Source: Anthoceros angustus
Lineage: Eukaryota; Plantae; Anthocerotophyta
Length of the DNA stretch: 64,000 nucleotides
Assembly (NCBI GenBank): GCA_010909165.1
Contig: MU008168.1
Location: forward strand, 1,116,001-1,180,000
Direction of reading: 5' to 3'
Position numbers and translations under genes: made by a program. Below the pieces are notes generated by a model that saw only the letters and a program-made list of their open reading frames with translations, was not told where the DNA came from and did not search any database. Shown in pieces: positions 1 to 13,048 of this stretch; position 1 is the stretch's first letter, and every line of letters begins with the position of its first letter.

Positions 1-369
1 TGTGACTGGTTGGAAACTGCGTGAAGTTACAAGGGTTGCCTCCATCTCTAGATCCTGTGAGTCCCTCCCTTTACCTACCAGACTTGGAGACACCCTTCTT
101 AGCCGATAGTCACGCTACATATCTAGTGTGCGGCCGTTGGAAACTCTGTGACCTTCCAATGCTTGGCCACAATTGTAGTCATTGTGAGTCAGTCTCCCCA
201 CACATGTGATTAGCCATTTTCGCTTGTTGAATCATCGAAGTCACAGAAGCATGAAGCCCTGAGAATGCCATCACCTCTTGTCCTCCTGCTTTTGCCTTGG
301 GAGAAAGTCTCTGTTAACAATTTCTTCATTCCCGAAAGAGAGGAAAGTTAGTGCAAGCCCTCCATGTCC

Positions 370-560
370 GGTTTCAGTTTGGACTGGAATTCTTGCGTGT
401 AAGAAGGTTAGAAGGGCCTCTGTAAGAAGGTTAGAAGGGGTTTCAGTTTGGACTGGAATTCTTGCGTGTAAGAAGGTTAGAAGGGCCTCTGTAAGAAGGT
501 TAGAAGGGGTTTCAGTTTGGACTGGAATTCTTGCGTGTAAGAAGGTTAGAAGGGCCTCTG
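370..560. repeat. 69-bp tandem repeat, ~2.7 copies
   Basis: gtttcagtttggactgg starts at 371, 440 and 509 (period 69). The apparent ORFs 271-663 and 278-601 just translate this repeat. Confidence 0.95.
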
Positions 561-860
561 GGCCATTAAGGACATGCATCAGGCCCTCTTGGGCTAAATG
601 AATTTTGAGTTGAATGGAGTCAACTGGTTTGGATTGGATCCTAGACTTCGTTATATTAATCAACGTACACTGGCAAAATACTCATGACTTGCGTATCAAA
701 AAGGGAGAATCCTTCAATTGCAAAAGACTTGGGATTTGTTTTTGAGAACGAATACTAGAATGCTGCGATTATAAAATACTCAATTGAAGTGATGATGAGT
801 ATGATAAGTATTTTGGGAGTCATGATAGAGTATTGATAACGTACCATGGTGACAATGACC

Positions 861-900
861 GCACTGACTGCACTGACTGCATTGACTGCACTGACTGCAC
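861..900. repeat. 9-bp tandem repeat (gcactgact) x4
   Basis: Directly visible. Confidence 0.9.
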
Positions 901-944
901 ACAACATTTCTCTCTGACAACCTGTCAGACACTTAAGATACATC

Positions 945-2520
945 CATTAAGCTCCTTCGCTTAACAAAAATATTTGAGTCAATTCCCCTTTGCATATTTG
1001 TAGCATGAATTTCTCTACCTTGTCGAAGTGGCCACAACTTAGCATATCTATGACTGCCATAATCTCATTTTCTGCATGGCTGCCACATGCGCCCAGATAG
1101 CTAACAGACGTTCATACATTGAGCATGACACCTGCCTTTTCCTCTGCTCATAAAGTGGAAAGGCATTTTCTTGTAGTTATGTTGAGCCATCATGGCAGTA
1201 AGTGCTTTCAATTCTTACAGAACTATCTGGAGCCTTGAGGCACATCGAGTCCCGCAACCACATGACCAGGGAGGGTCTAAGGGAGTGCCTTGACCCTGAG
1301 CTGGCCAGTGAATCTCCTTTAAGCAAGTTCTCCTATGGGCAATCTTTGGGCAACCATATGGTAGTGCTAGTGTTTCAGCATGTCCACTCAAAGCATCTTC
1401 ATCTTCATACAGGCCATTGCAGTCAACCTCCGCTGTCAAAATTAGCTGCTTTGTATTTATCCCATGGCTGCACCCTTCCATCCTCCAACTGCTATTGCAT
1501 ATTCTAGTTGTGACACTCCGTAGCATATGCCTACATACCTCCTCATTTATGAATCCCCTGCTTGTGGCAAGCAGGCAAGAGAGTGCAGCCTCATCAGCCT
1601 CACCACCTTCAAGTTGACTGATGCATCTCTTTCGAGAATATGCAATGCAAAAATAATGTTAGCTCTACAAGACCATTTTTGTCATAACATTGTGTGGTCT
1701 TGTTTCTGATTTGCTCATCCATCTCTCTACCATGGATGGTCCATATCATAAGCAGGACTACACAAAGATCAAAGATCATTCTCCGATAAAGTTGTGATGG
1801 TTCATCATGTGTATCGGTATCGAAGGGCCCCGAATTGTCCAATTGATAGAAATGATTTAAATCTAAATGTATACCAAAAACATAGCGCAGTAGAAGGTTG
1901 AGGCCTGCTCGGATGGAAGTCCTTCAGCGATTCTTTAGCATCTGGAATGGCCATAAATGCCAAGCATGTGTGAGCGGGTATCCATGGTTCTCACAGGCTG
2001 GATATGGGGAGATGTGTTTGCCCACAGTTTGCGAGGCGGTAGCCGTAACCTAAGCGTGTGTGTGGATGCCCTATGCATCCTATATATTGATATTGTATTC
2101 AGAACTACATGGCAATCTTATTACGAACAACCCAAGAGCTTACAAGTATCCTTATGCCCAGTGTTTAGGCCATCAGGCCCCTCCCTGGTGCCGAAGCCAA
2201 CAGCCCTTGTATGTCCGTACAATAGCTTGGCTTTCTGTGCACAAACGACTATCTGGAGTGAAGGCTGGAACACCATTGCTGATAGTTCTTGCGGAGGTTG
2301 TTGAAGCAGCCTCAATTGTTGTGAACTGTAGTCACTGACGTTGAGGTTCCTGCAGGATCAACCACGCATATGCCCCCATGTCTGACCCATAGACGCACAT
2401 ATGTGGGTCCACTTCAACATAATATCCATGTGTCTGTATCCACCTTAGCCTTTCTGGTGGAACTAGGTAGAGTTCTGGATGGTGTATGTATGAAACAATA
2501 ACCATGCCCCTCACCTTGCC
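945..2520 (-). pseudogene. Heavily degraded PLS-class PPR pseudogene (LL-motif type)
   Basis: Minus-strand translation at ~960-1110 gives VSYLGACGSHAENEIMAVID / LRQGREIHATNMQRGIDSNIFV..SLMD, matching the LL and S motifs of the intact PPRs in this window. Weaker fragments lie elsewhere (EADEAALSCLL, FQPSLQIV). Many stops and frameshifts; boundaries approximate. Confidence 0.55.
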
Positions 2521-2870
2521 TATATGTGTTCGTGTAGGTAAGTGAGGGCACTGTTAAGTCTCAGCAACTTTAACAGACCCTAATCCCTAATCCATGTAAA
2601 TTAGCAGATTCCACATTCAAGATGTTCGTTACACACCTGGTGACATGTGTGTGCGACATCAGGCACCCGCTTTGGCGAACGCGTGTGCCGGAAATAGGCT
2701 CGTCCCATCCCGGGCTCCGCTTGCTCGACGTTTTTAGACTTGTTCCCCTGGCATTGCATTGTGAAGTACAGCAGGCTTCTAATCTCGATTCGACTCTGGA
2801 CGCGCTCGCTGGCTTGCGCTTGTGCTTGTGCGGTGTCGCATTTGTCTTAAATCGCGTGTGAGATCTTGGA

Positions 2871-3242
2871 ATGCGGCTGGTTGCTGTGGTGCTGGTTGTG
2901 CTGTTGGCGTGTCTGAGCCTGGAGGTGAGCATGGCGCTTGTGGGAGGCGCGCGGGACATCGGCAACTCGCAGAACAGTCTGGAGGTAGAGGAGCTGGCCA
3001 AGTTCGCGGTGAGCGAGTACAACAACAACCGCAACGACGCGGAGCGTCTCTCCTTCTCCAAGGTGCTGTCCGCTAAGACGCAGGTGGTGGCGGGCACGCT
3101 CTACCACCTCACCATCGAGGCGCATCAGGGACAGGAGGCCCGCCACTGGGATGCCCGCGTCTGGGTCAAGCCTTGGGAGAAATTCAAGAAGCTGGAGGAG
3201 TTCAAGCCCGCTGCTGGAGCCGGCGGTACGCATTCGGCTTAG
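2871..3242 (+). CDS. Phytocystatin (secreted cysteine protease inhibitor), intronless, 123 aa
   Basis: Signal peptide, N-terminal GG, LAKFAVSEYN (plant LARFAV-type motif), QVVAG and PW motifs. Confidence 0.95.
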   Translation: MRLVAVVLVVLLACLSLEVSMALVGGARDIGNSQNSLEVEELAKFAVSEYNNNRNDAERLSFSKVLSAKTQVVAGTLYHLTIEAHQGQEARHWDARVWVKPWEKFKKLEEFKPAAGAGGTHSA

Positions 3243-3587
3243 CATGTAAGGCATACGACACCGGGGTTGAGGTTTCTCCTTGTGATAATCCTCCCTTCTG
3301 TCCCTGTTGTTGCATGGCAGGAGGTCATCAGGCTGAGCTTTGAGAAGAAATTAGCAGGGCCGTCTGCGAGATGTTTGTTTGCTCAAAGCCTGCCGTTAGA
3401 TTTGATTGCATTAGGGTTTGGTTGTTGTACCGTGCATAGCATTATGATTACGAGAGTTGAAAGCAAGGAATCTGCTTGAATACTTCTAAGCAGGATAAGA
3501 TGTAGCTATCCTTCCTTTCCTCCCACAGTGTGTACGACATTGTTCGTAATATTCCCCTGAACTATTGTTTTCCCGTCAAGTTCTCCC

Positions 3588-5171
3588 CTAAATCTGCTTC
3601 ACTCGGTCTTCATTTGCTGTCGATGATAGAGGTTCTGGTTGCCAGTCGCTTAAGGTGGACTGCAACTTTTGCCCGATGGCAGCTATCCAGGCCTGTTGCA
3701 TTAGAGCAAATCACCACTTGTGAGCAACAATGACATGTGCATTCCCTGACAACGCGAAGTGACAGGCCTCTACCTGGTCTTTCGTGTCAAATCCGCGTAC
3801 TGTGTCCGTGCCCAGCACCAAGACACCTCTCTCTAAAGGTTGCACAATTACTGCCTGTTGTGTGTCACAAAGCCATGGCGAACCCACGGCAGTTGAGGAT
3901 GCGATGTTGAAGAAGACGTATGTGCGTGACAAGAAGGAAAGGTACCTACCTGCGTGTTTGTGGGAAGGAAGGGCAGCTCGAATCTTCCGGGGTACAAGGC
4001 AAGATTGGCTAGATAGTTCTCTGTACCAAGGTGAGCCGGTAAGCAATCGTGCATGCATGCATCAAAATGTAAGTTTGATGGATGCATGCTAGCAAACTTA
4101 CGTTTTCCAGATGACAGGACTCCTTTGCAGAGAGAACCCTGCATCAACTTGGCAGCATCCACAGACACCACTTGCCCTTCTGACTCTGCGGCCACACCCG
4201 CTTGCAGCAGACAAGTGTCCTGGTAGACAACCACTAGGGCACGAGACCGTGCTGCAGACTGAAAGGCTCCCCAGGTCCTGCTTTCGTCCCCCTTCCGAAG
4301 AACACCGTAAGTGAGCAAGCCAAAATCTTAGTCCTGGATGCAGTCACTCTCAAATGTGCTTCCAGGACATGCACACCAGCTTAGCTCCTGGAGAACGTCA
4401 TCTGGTAGCCTGTCAGCGAGCCGCATACACTCCACACCTTCTAGATCTACCTGCAGGCACCAAGACAGTCTCTCATCCTTCAGAACAGTTCGTATCACCA
4501 GAAATAATTTCACAGGACAACAGCAGGAGGAATGGAAAAGAAACGAGGGGAAAGAGCTGGTAGGGACAGACCGCAGCAGGAGGCTTTGTTTGCACAGACT
4601 TCCAAACAAGACCCGTCAACAGAACGCTGGCTGCTAAGGCCAGAGTGAGGACATCAGCCCTGGACAGAGAACTGAAGTTCACACAAAGAAAAATGCCTGT
4701 CAGCAGCGACTCCAGCTCCGAGAGCACAACCACACCATTTCTGGGAACCAAGTCATACCTGCTAGCACTGGCCACGAGGGGGATTCCTGACAGAGCACGG
4801 TTCAGGAGAACTGTAGCTATGGAGGCTGAGCCCAGGGCAATGGGTGCCCCTCTCACCAACGACTCATTCTTCCGAATCCAATCCTCACTTTCATCCATCT
4901 ATATCAGAAAAGCACATTCCTTGCTGAGCAGCATGCTTTGGAATCCCAATCCTCGCTTGCATCCATGTACCAGAAAAGGCACATTCCTTGTTAAGCACAT
5001 AGTCAGCTGCAGCATTAGGCAATTTAAACAACGCAGAACCTGGGAGTGTATCCGGAAACAGCCAGCACCGGATGTCCGCAAGGAGGAGTCAGGACACGTG
5101 TGTCGTCTGGGAATCCAAGCAGGTGGAGAGTGGTGACAGCACAGCGGCTGCACCATGCATCTCCACAACAT
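3588..5171 (-). CDS. CCB4: Cofactor assembly of complex C subunit B CCB4 (plastid cytochrome b6 heme ci assembly), multi-exon
   Basis: Exon peptides LLNRALSGIPLVA, SRADVLTLALA..LLTGLVW, YLANLALYPGRFELPFLPTNTQ, GTDTVRGFDTKDQ|AWIAAIGQKL match plant CCB4. Stop at 3588-3590; start uncertain. Confidence 0.88.
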
Positions 5172-5205
5172 CGCGCCTCACAGCTTGGGCAATTTGCAAA
5201 ACCCC

Positions 5206-5213
5206 AAACCCTA
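5206..5213 (+). promoter_or_regulatory. Telo-box (AAACCCTA) in the CCB4/GAUT divergent region
   Basis: Motif seen; function not demonstrated. Confidence 0.35.
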
Positions 5214-5716
5214 GCAACGTCAAGGTGCTCCTACTTCAACTCTCTCTTCCTGCTTCATCGCCGTGAGTGTCGCCATTTTCATCGGATTCTGTGCTTAGAG
5301 AGACTTCAAAGTCTCGTTTTTGGTAACCAGTTCAGCCGACCTGCTGCAACGGCCTTGGACGTGTGCCAGAATGGTGATGACTAGCTTCCACCCATCACCG
5401 CCATTACCGAGACAAAGTTTGCCTCGTCTCGATCTCTTCTCTCTGGGACCGGTTGGGGACGACAGGTGCTGACGTCCAAGGGAGTAGATCTGGTAATTTG
5501 GGTAGCTCTGGCGTGGAGCCCAGGATGCCACCAGCGGAGGCAGTTGGTAGATCAGGAAGCCGTTGTTGCTTCCAGGGCAGGAGTTGTTTCTTTCCAGAAC
5601 GGCAATTTCTCTTGTCGTGGTGTGGATGCAAGCAAGGATTGCAAAGAACCTAGACACAGCTCATGCGTGTCACGGCGGTTTGTGGGTGGCGCAACAGGCA
5701 CCATTAGATCCAGCAG

Positions 5717-7434
5717 ATGCCAATGGCACTCAGGAGGGAGCTGTCCAGGGGCCGCCGGGTCCAAAGAACTCGCTCTTCATGCACCTTTCTGGTGGTTGGC
5801 GGACTGATCCTTCTTCTGATACTTGTCCTGGTCAGTCATCGGCGGCAGCCGGAGCCCAAGCAAAGTCAGCTGAGTGCAGATCTGCACTACGTCAGTGAGG
5901 TTGGAATCCGTCAGGTTGTTTGTGATGGAGTTTGTCTGTTTGTGTCATTTCTCAAGAACCTGTCGTGACTCTGTATCTGCCTGTTTTGCAGTATGAGAGC
6001 ATACGCAAAAATGAGAAGCTCAACTTCACAATGGAGATGCTGAGCGTGAACTCACCTGCAAGGCAACTGGGGGATCAGATGACTCTTGCAAAGTCATATC
6101 TTGTGATAGCCAAAGAAAATAACAACTTGCAGCTGGCATGGGAGTTGAGTGCCCAAATAAGAGCCTGTCAGTTGGTGCTGTCGCAGGCTGCAACTCTTAG
6201 CAAGCCTGTGACACTAGCACAGGCGGAGCCTATTATAAAGGGAATGTCAGCTCTGATATTTCAGGCAAAGGAGCTTCACTATGATAGTGCTACCACAATT
6301 ATGAAGCTCAAAGCTCAGATTCAGGCTTTGGAGGAGCGTGTGAATGCTGCTGCAGTGCAGAGCACAAAGTTTGGGCAGATAGCGGCAGAAGCGGTGCCGA
6401 AGGGTCTATATTGCTTATCCATGATGCTGACCACGGACATGGTCACCAAGCCAGACCTCCGTGCTCGTGTGTCCGTGATGAACGCCAACCCTAAGCTGAC
6501 TGATAACAGGCTGTACCATTTTTGTGTGTTCTCCGACAATGTGTTGGCTACCTCGGTGGTGGTCAACTCCACCGTCTGCAACGCTGACAACCCCGAAGAG
6601 CTTGTTTTTCACCTAGTGACGGACAGCTTGAACTACGCAGCAATGCAGGCATGGTATTCGCAGAACGATTTTCGGGGAGCCGTTGTAGAGGTTCAGAACA
6701 TTGACAGCTTTACCTGGCTGAACGCCTCCTATGTTCCAGTGATGAAGCAGCTGCAGGATGCTGAGACGCAAAGTTACTATTTCAAGGGCTCCCAAGACTC
6801 CAAGAGTGCCGTGAAGTTCAGGAATCCCAAATACTTGTCAATGCTAAATCATGTCCGGTTCTACATTCCCGAGATATACCCTGAGCTCAACAAGGTGGTG
6901 TTCCTGGATGATGACATAGTGGTGCAGAGAGATCTGACTGGTCTCTTTTCCATTGATTTGCACGGGAACGTAATAGGTGCAGTGGAGACATGTTTGGAAA
7001 GTTTCCACCGTTTTCACAGGTATCTTAATTTCTCTCATCCTAAGATTCGCTCCAATTTTGATCCCGAGGCCTGTGGTTGGGCTTTTGGGATGAATGTATT
7101 TGATCTTCTGGCCTGGAAAGCGGCCAATGTCACCAGCCGCTACCACTATTGGCAAGAGCAGAATGTGGACAGGACCCTTTGGAGCTTGGGTACCTTGCCT
7201 CCTGGCTTGCTTACTTTCTATGGTCTTATGGAACCTTTGGATCGGAAATGGCATGTTTTAGGGCTCGGGTATGATGCAAATGTCGACAGCCAGGCGATCG
7301 AAAGTGGAGCTGTTGTCCATTACAACGGGAATCTGAAGCCCTGGTTGAAGCTTGCGATGGCCAGATACAAACCTTTATGGGAAAAATACGTAGATTATTC
7401 ACAGCCATACTTGCAGAGATGCAACATTCATTGA
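5717..7434 (+). CDS. GAUT10/11: Galacturonosyltransferase, GT8 family, GAUT10/11-like; exons 5717-5890 and 5992-7434
   Basis: Type II membrane anchor in exon 1 and a phase-0 GT-AG intron. Motifs NLQLAWELSAQIR, FSDNVLA, YLSMLNHVRFYIPE, FLDDDIVVQ, GAVETC, HYNGNLKPW. Confidence 0.93.
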
Positions 7435-7742
7435 CAGCTTATCACAAGAAGTCTGGGGCTCTCAGTCGTCCAGAATTGGATTACCGCGAGGTCGTGTGTG
7501 ATTGTCTAGCGATGGAATCCTTGCTTACTCACTGGAGCCTAGCAACATTTTCAGGGCTTTAACAACGAGACGGGCTTGAGACTGAAAGTTGGGGAAGACA
7601 AGTGCGATCGAAAAATGAACACCAGTCCTAGCCGAGGGAAACAAAGTTCGATGGGAAGAACCCAGTCCTGGATCTCAGGATACGACAGCTCAGATTGCTC
7701 CAAAAGTTGGAGCTACAACTCCTTCGTTGCAAACAATAACTA

Positions 7743-9830
7743 TCAGATTGGCGACACAGGCCGTTCCATTTTCTTTGTCAGGAACGAGAATGCCAGAGAC
7801 ATGTACTCCGCTTTTCGCCTCTTGTATTCGTCGTACCGGAGGAAAAAGTAATCCAAGTAGTCGAAGTCGATACTGGAAAACCTGGCCTGCAAAGGTGAAG
7901 CCCGTACGTACTGTAAGAGAAAGGAAGAGGGAAGGACCAGGTTGATTGACAACGACGATGTAGTCGCTGGCCGTACCTGAACAACGCCCCAAAGAGCCCA
8001 ACAGAGATGAGAGGCAAGTGCATAGCAATTGCTTTCCACATACAACCTCTCCAGCTCTTCTTCCGAAGCCTTCCAGTACGAAAAAAAACAGCATCGGTTA
8101 TGGGCTGCCCAAATCTGACAATCTGCAGGACCGGAGTTGCTGAAAAATGTTGACTACCTTTTCGGGTGAACCAGGATACAAATAGTGCCTAAAAAATCGA
8201 TATTGGGCTTCTTTGTTGGGATACCTGAGAGGAAATTTTTTTCGATGGTGTCAGTACAGAAGAACGGGAACACTCCATCTGTCCAGGCTCTATATTGAAA
8301 TTGGCAACGAAGGCTTACAAGCTGAAGTCACAATCGAATCCCGCATATTCATTGAAGTGGTTCCCAATGTCGAATCCCCGGTAATTGTATCCACTGTACT
8401 CGAAGTCAATAAAGAACATAGTACCTGGCGCGTTTGGAAGACCCAAATTTTTGTTGGTAATGCTAAAGAAACCCCCAGTACAGCTTGCTTCCATCACATC
8501 AACCCCGGAGCAACCTTCCAGATAAAACAGACTTACCACTCTGGTAGTTCATCATGATGTTTCCTGAGAGTAGGTCATTATGTGCAAACACTAAAGGCGA
8601 TTGCAGAGAATCAGTCACCACCTGCATAAGAACAGACTAGTCACAAAGTTTCCATCAAGCATTCCCTAGGGGGCATTCTCAGCAACAGAGAAAATAAACC
8701 GTTGAGCTCTAGAGTGAGGATGGACTCAATCCGGCCTCCACCGCATGAGATCGAGGGGGAACGGGGATTGTGCTGCCAAGACTGAGACAGTGGAACATTA
8801 GAGATGTTTGTGTCACCTTCAGTCCTTTTAACTCTTCCTCGAGCAGATCAAATCGTATTGTTTCCAGCTTTCGCCGCTTCTCAATGTCTTCAAAAGTTAC
8901 GGCTGAAGCTGCAAACCACAAGCGCATAATATTACTTCATCACGCATCGCAAATAACAGGAGGGGGACTGTCTTCGCTGGCTAGATCATAACTGGAATGC
9001 AAAACAGTTAGCCATACAACCTTCTCCAAATATCTTAAAAATGTCTGACCAGAGCTGCGGCTGCTTCGGAATAGGAACGTCGGCATCATGCAATCTCCTC
9101 AACTCCTTTGCTATCAAAGGAACCAGGTCCGTCCTGCTCATGTCTGCAGGACAACCATCAGTTGTGTTGTGGATAGCGAAACCACCGAAGAGGAGAAAGA
9201 AAACCACATCAAGCCAGCACACCTTCAGGCTTCAGTGTCTCAGCATCGATGAAGGACTGCACCATGCCATTCTTAAACACGCCGATCAATTTTGCACCAA
9301 ACCCTGCTTTCGACAGATGCGACAGCGCCTGTAGAGAGCAAAGAGCAGTAAGCACCTAGAAAGCTCCCAAGAGCCAAACGCAAGGCTGAAACAGCACCTG
9401 AAGCTCCCGCTTGCGATCAATGACCATCTCCGTGTTGTCCCCGAAAACCCGAAGTGTCACCTTCGCATCTCCCACCGAGACCTTGACCACTGAGCGGCGG
9501 CAGAAACCGGAAATCTCACTACACCGTCCAAACTTTTCAGACAAATGCAGATCTGGCTCGCAACAGGGACTGCAGCTCACAGAAGTTGGTGATGCCTCCT
9601 GATATGGTGGAAACCGTCATGTCCTCTTGCTCAACATCGCGCCAGCCAGGTACCAGTTCCTTGCATACTGATCTGGAAGGAAGCCAAGGCACTGAGTCCA
9701 AAGCTAACAGCAGATTCAAGCCGACAGAGGTCAATCAAACAACCTACTTGATCTGCTTGTGGAGAGATTCCACAGGGAGCTTGGTTTCCACGGTCATGTC
9801 GGAGCTCGGTAGCACCAGCGTATCCTCCAT
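7743..9830 (-). CDS. Ethanolamine/choline kinase, multi-exon
   Basis: Exon peptides VSTISGGITN, LRVFGDNTEMVIDRKRELQ, IAKELRRLH, FIDFEYSGYNYRGFDIGNHFNEYAG, YALASHLCWALWG, FDYLDYFFLRYDEY. ATG at 9830. Confidence 0.92.
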
Positions 9831-10419
9831 CGTCCTCGCCGGCCTGACTCTCCAAACAGATCATACCCCGCGCAGGAACGGATCAAACATCTCGATACGC
9901 AAGCTCCGAGGCTCGTTTGTTCCTGTGCTTGCACGGAATATGACCCGGACAGCAGCGAGCTGCCAGCGCCGTTCTTCGTGCCATGGCACACGCCACAATG
10001 CGCTGGCTCCACGGCCGTCTCGCGGGGTTCCACCTGGATCCTTGAGAAGTCCGGGCCGCTCTAAAGAAGATGAGCACAAGGATACGATGTATAAAATCTA
10101 ATTAATAGTGGAGTAAATATTATATTTACAGCGTACAAGTATAACTCCCAAGCCCAGCTACCTACGTATCTACACACAGGCACACCGCCTAGAACATCAC
10201 AGCACCCGCCGTCATAGCACGGGGCTGGCTATCTGCACTGAGTCGAGCTGCAAGAATGCAAGACATCGCCACCGTTTTTCAACAATGGTGACACTGTGTC
10301 AGGCAGCTCTCGGAATACCTCTATCTGCACAGCCGCTCGAACTATATAGGCGGAGGTAGCATAGGCTGACAAAGCGTTGGCACTCAGTAAGCCCTTGGTG
10401 AGTGGCGGTCCTCTGATCT

Positions 10420-11820
<1,401 letters not shown>

Positions 11821-12167
11821 TGTTGCCGTCGTCGTGGCCGCCGTCCTCGTCCTCGTCGTCAGGCTCTCGCAGAGGAGGAGGCAAAAAATGGAGCAGGCCC
11901 TCAAAGAGCCGGGGAGCGAACGATGACCTCCTTGTACACTTCACCTTCAGGACAAGTGCCAATGGTGACTCACCACGTCGGAAAACGGCAACCCAGGCCC
12001 ACGCCACACCCAAAATATCAACCCTACACCAAAGTTACTTTCAGGGGGGAGGGGGGAGGCGCACAAGGCCTACAGCGGCGGAAAGGAAGGTGCTTTTCCA
12101 CAACGAATAATTCTTTCATATCAGCTGGGAAGTATCGGGAAGGGTACCTCACACACCTATCCAAATA

Positions 12168-12401
12168 TGTGTGTCCAAATGGCTTAGGCCAAATGGACAC
12201 ACATTTATAAGAACGCCGTGATTAAGCATCCTAAAGCTGAGATCGATACTTAGCTTAGATCGATACTTAGATGGGGTGCCTGAAGGGAGTGGATGCCCTT
12301 GGTGCAAGTAGTTTAGGCACACCATGGTACAAGTTGTTAAGTACCAAGTCCCATGACAGAAATCCGTCCTTAGTGGACTTAAATAAAATTCTTCTTCTTC
12401 T
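12168..12401 (+). mobile_element. SINE-like retroposed element, copy A (full length, with a 17-bp internal duplication)
   Basis: Near-identical to 41668-41880 and 40393-40571; ends aataaaa(ttc)n. Confidence 0.85.
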
Positions 12402-12537
12402 ATCACTGCGATTGGAGTAGTTTTAGTGTCTTCGAAATTTCACTAAACAAAAGCCATCGTTTGTGCAAGCCTTACCTCCATGCTAAGGGAGTGTTAGGCC
12501 TCTATTTCCATGTCTAGACCTTGATGTCCAAGGCTTT

Positions 12538-13048
12538 AGCGAGCGAAAAAAAGACTTTATTATAAAAAAGAGATGGAAAAAGCCCATCCACCCCAAAAAC
12601 AAAGAGGGAAAAACCTAACGAAGAGCACCATGCCAAGGGGACTAGCCCCCACGGATCACGCATTTCAAAACTACCAACCGTCTGAAGAACTTTGTGGTCA
12701 GGAATGTGAAAAGGCCCACTTACCACCGGTGTCGAAGAAGCTGCATCTCCCGCACTCGTTGTCGCTCAGACACCGCTTACGCGCAGCGATGGAAACCCTC
12801 CGAAGAGCAACAATACAAGAAAGGGGGGGGGCTAACCCCTTTCTTGCGGCTATGATAAGCCTTGACGCAGGCCTTGACGAACCTAGAGAAATCCTTGCCC
12901 ATGACTCCGTGAGTCTCAATAGCAAGGGGGACGAAGGCGTGGCCATCCTGCATGGGAGAGTACTTGTGGACCTTAGCCGTCGCGCATCCCTCCGCCACCC
13001 AACCTAGAGGGTTAAGAATAACATGTTCGCAAACACTGTCTCGGGTGG
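12538..13048 (-). mobile_element. 5'-truncated non-LTR retrotransposon fragment encoding a restriction-like endonuclease C-terminus (CRE/NeSL/R2-type)
   Basis: Flanked by the exact 15-bp direct repeat gatgtccaaggcttt (12523-12537 and 13049-13063). Peptide AKVHKY..FVPLAIETHGVMG resembles the KxxKY / F.P.AVE.xG RLE signature. aataaa near the 3' end. Confidence 0.75.

Noticed and set aside
271-663. ORFs with a 23-aa repeat
   Set aside because: Product of a 69-bp DNA tandem repeat; no recognisable domain.
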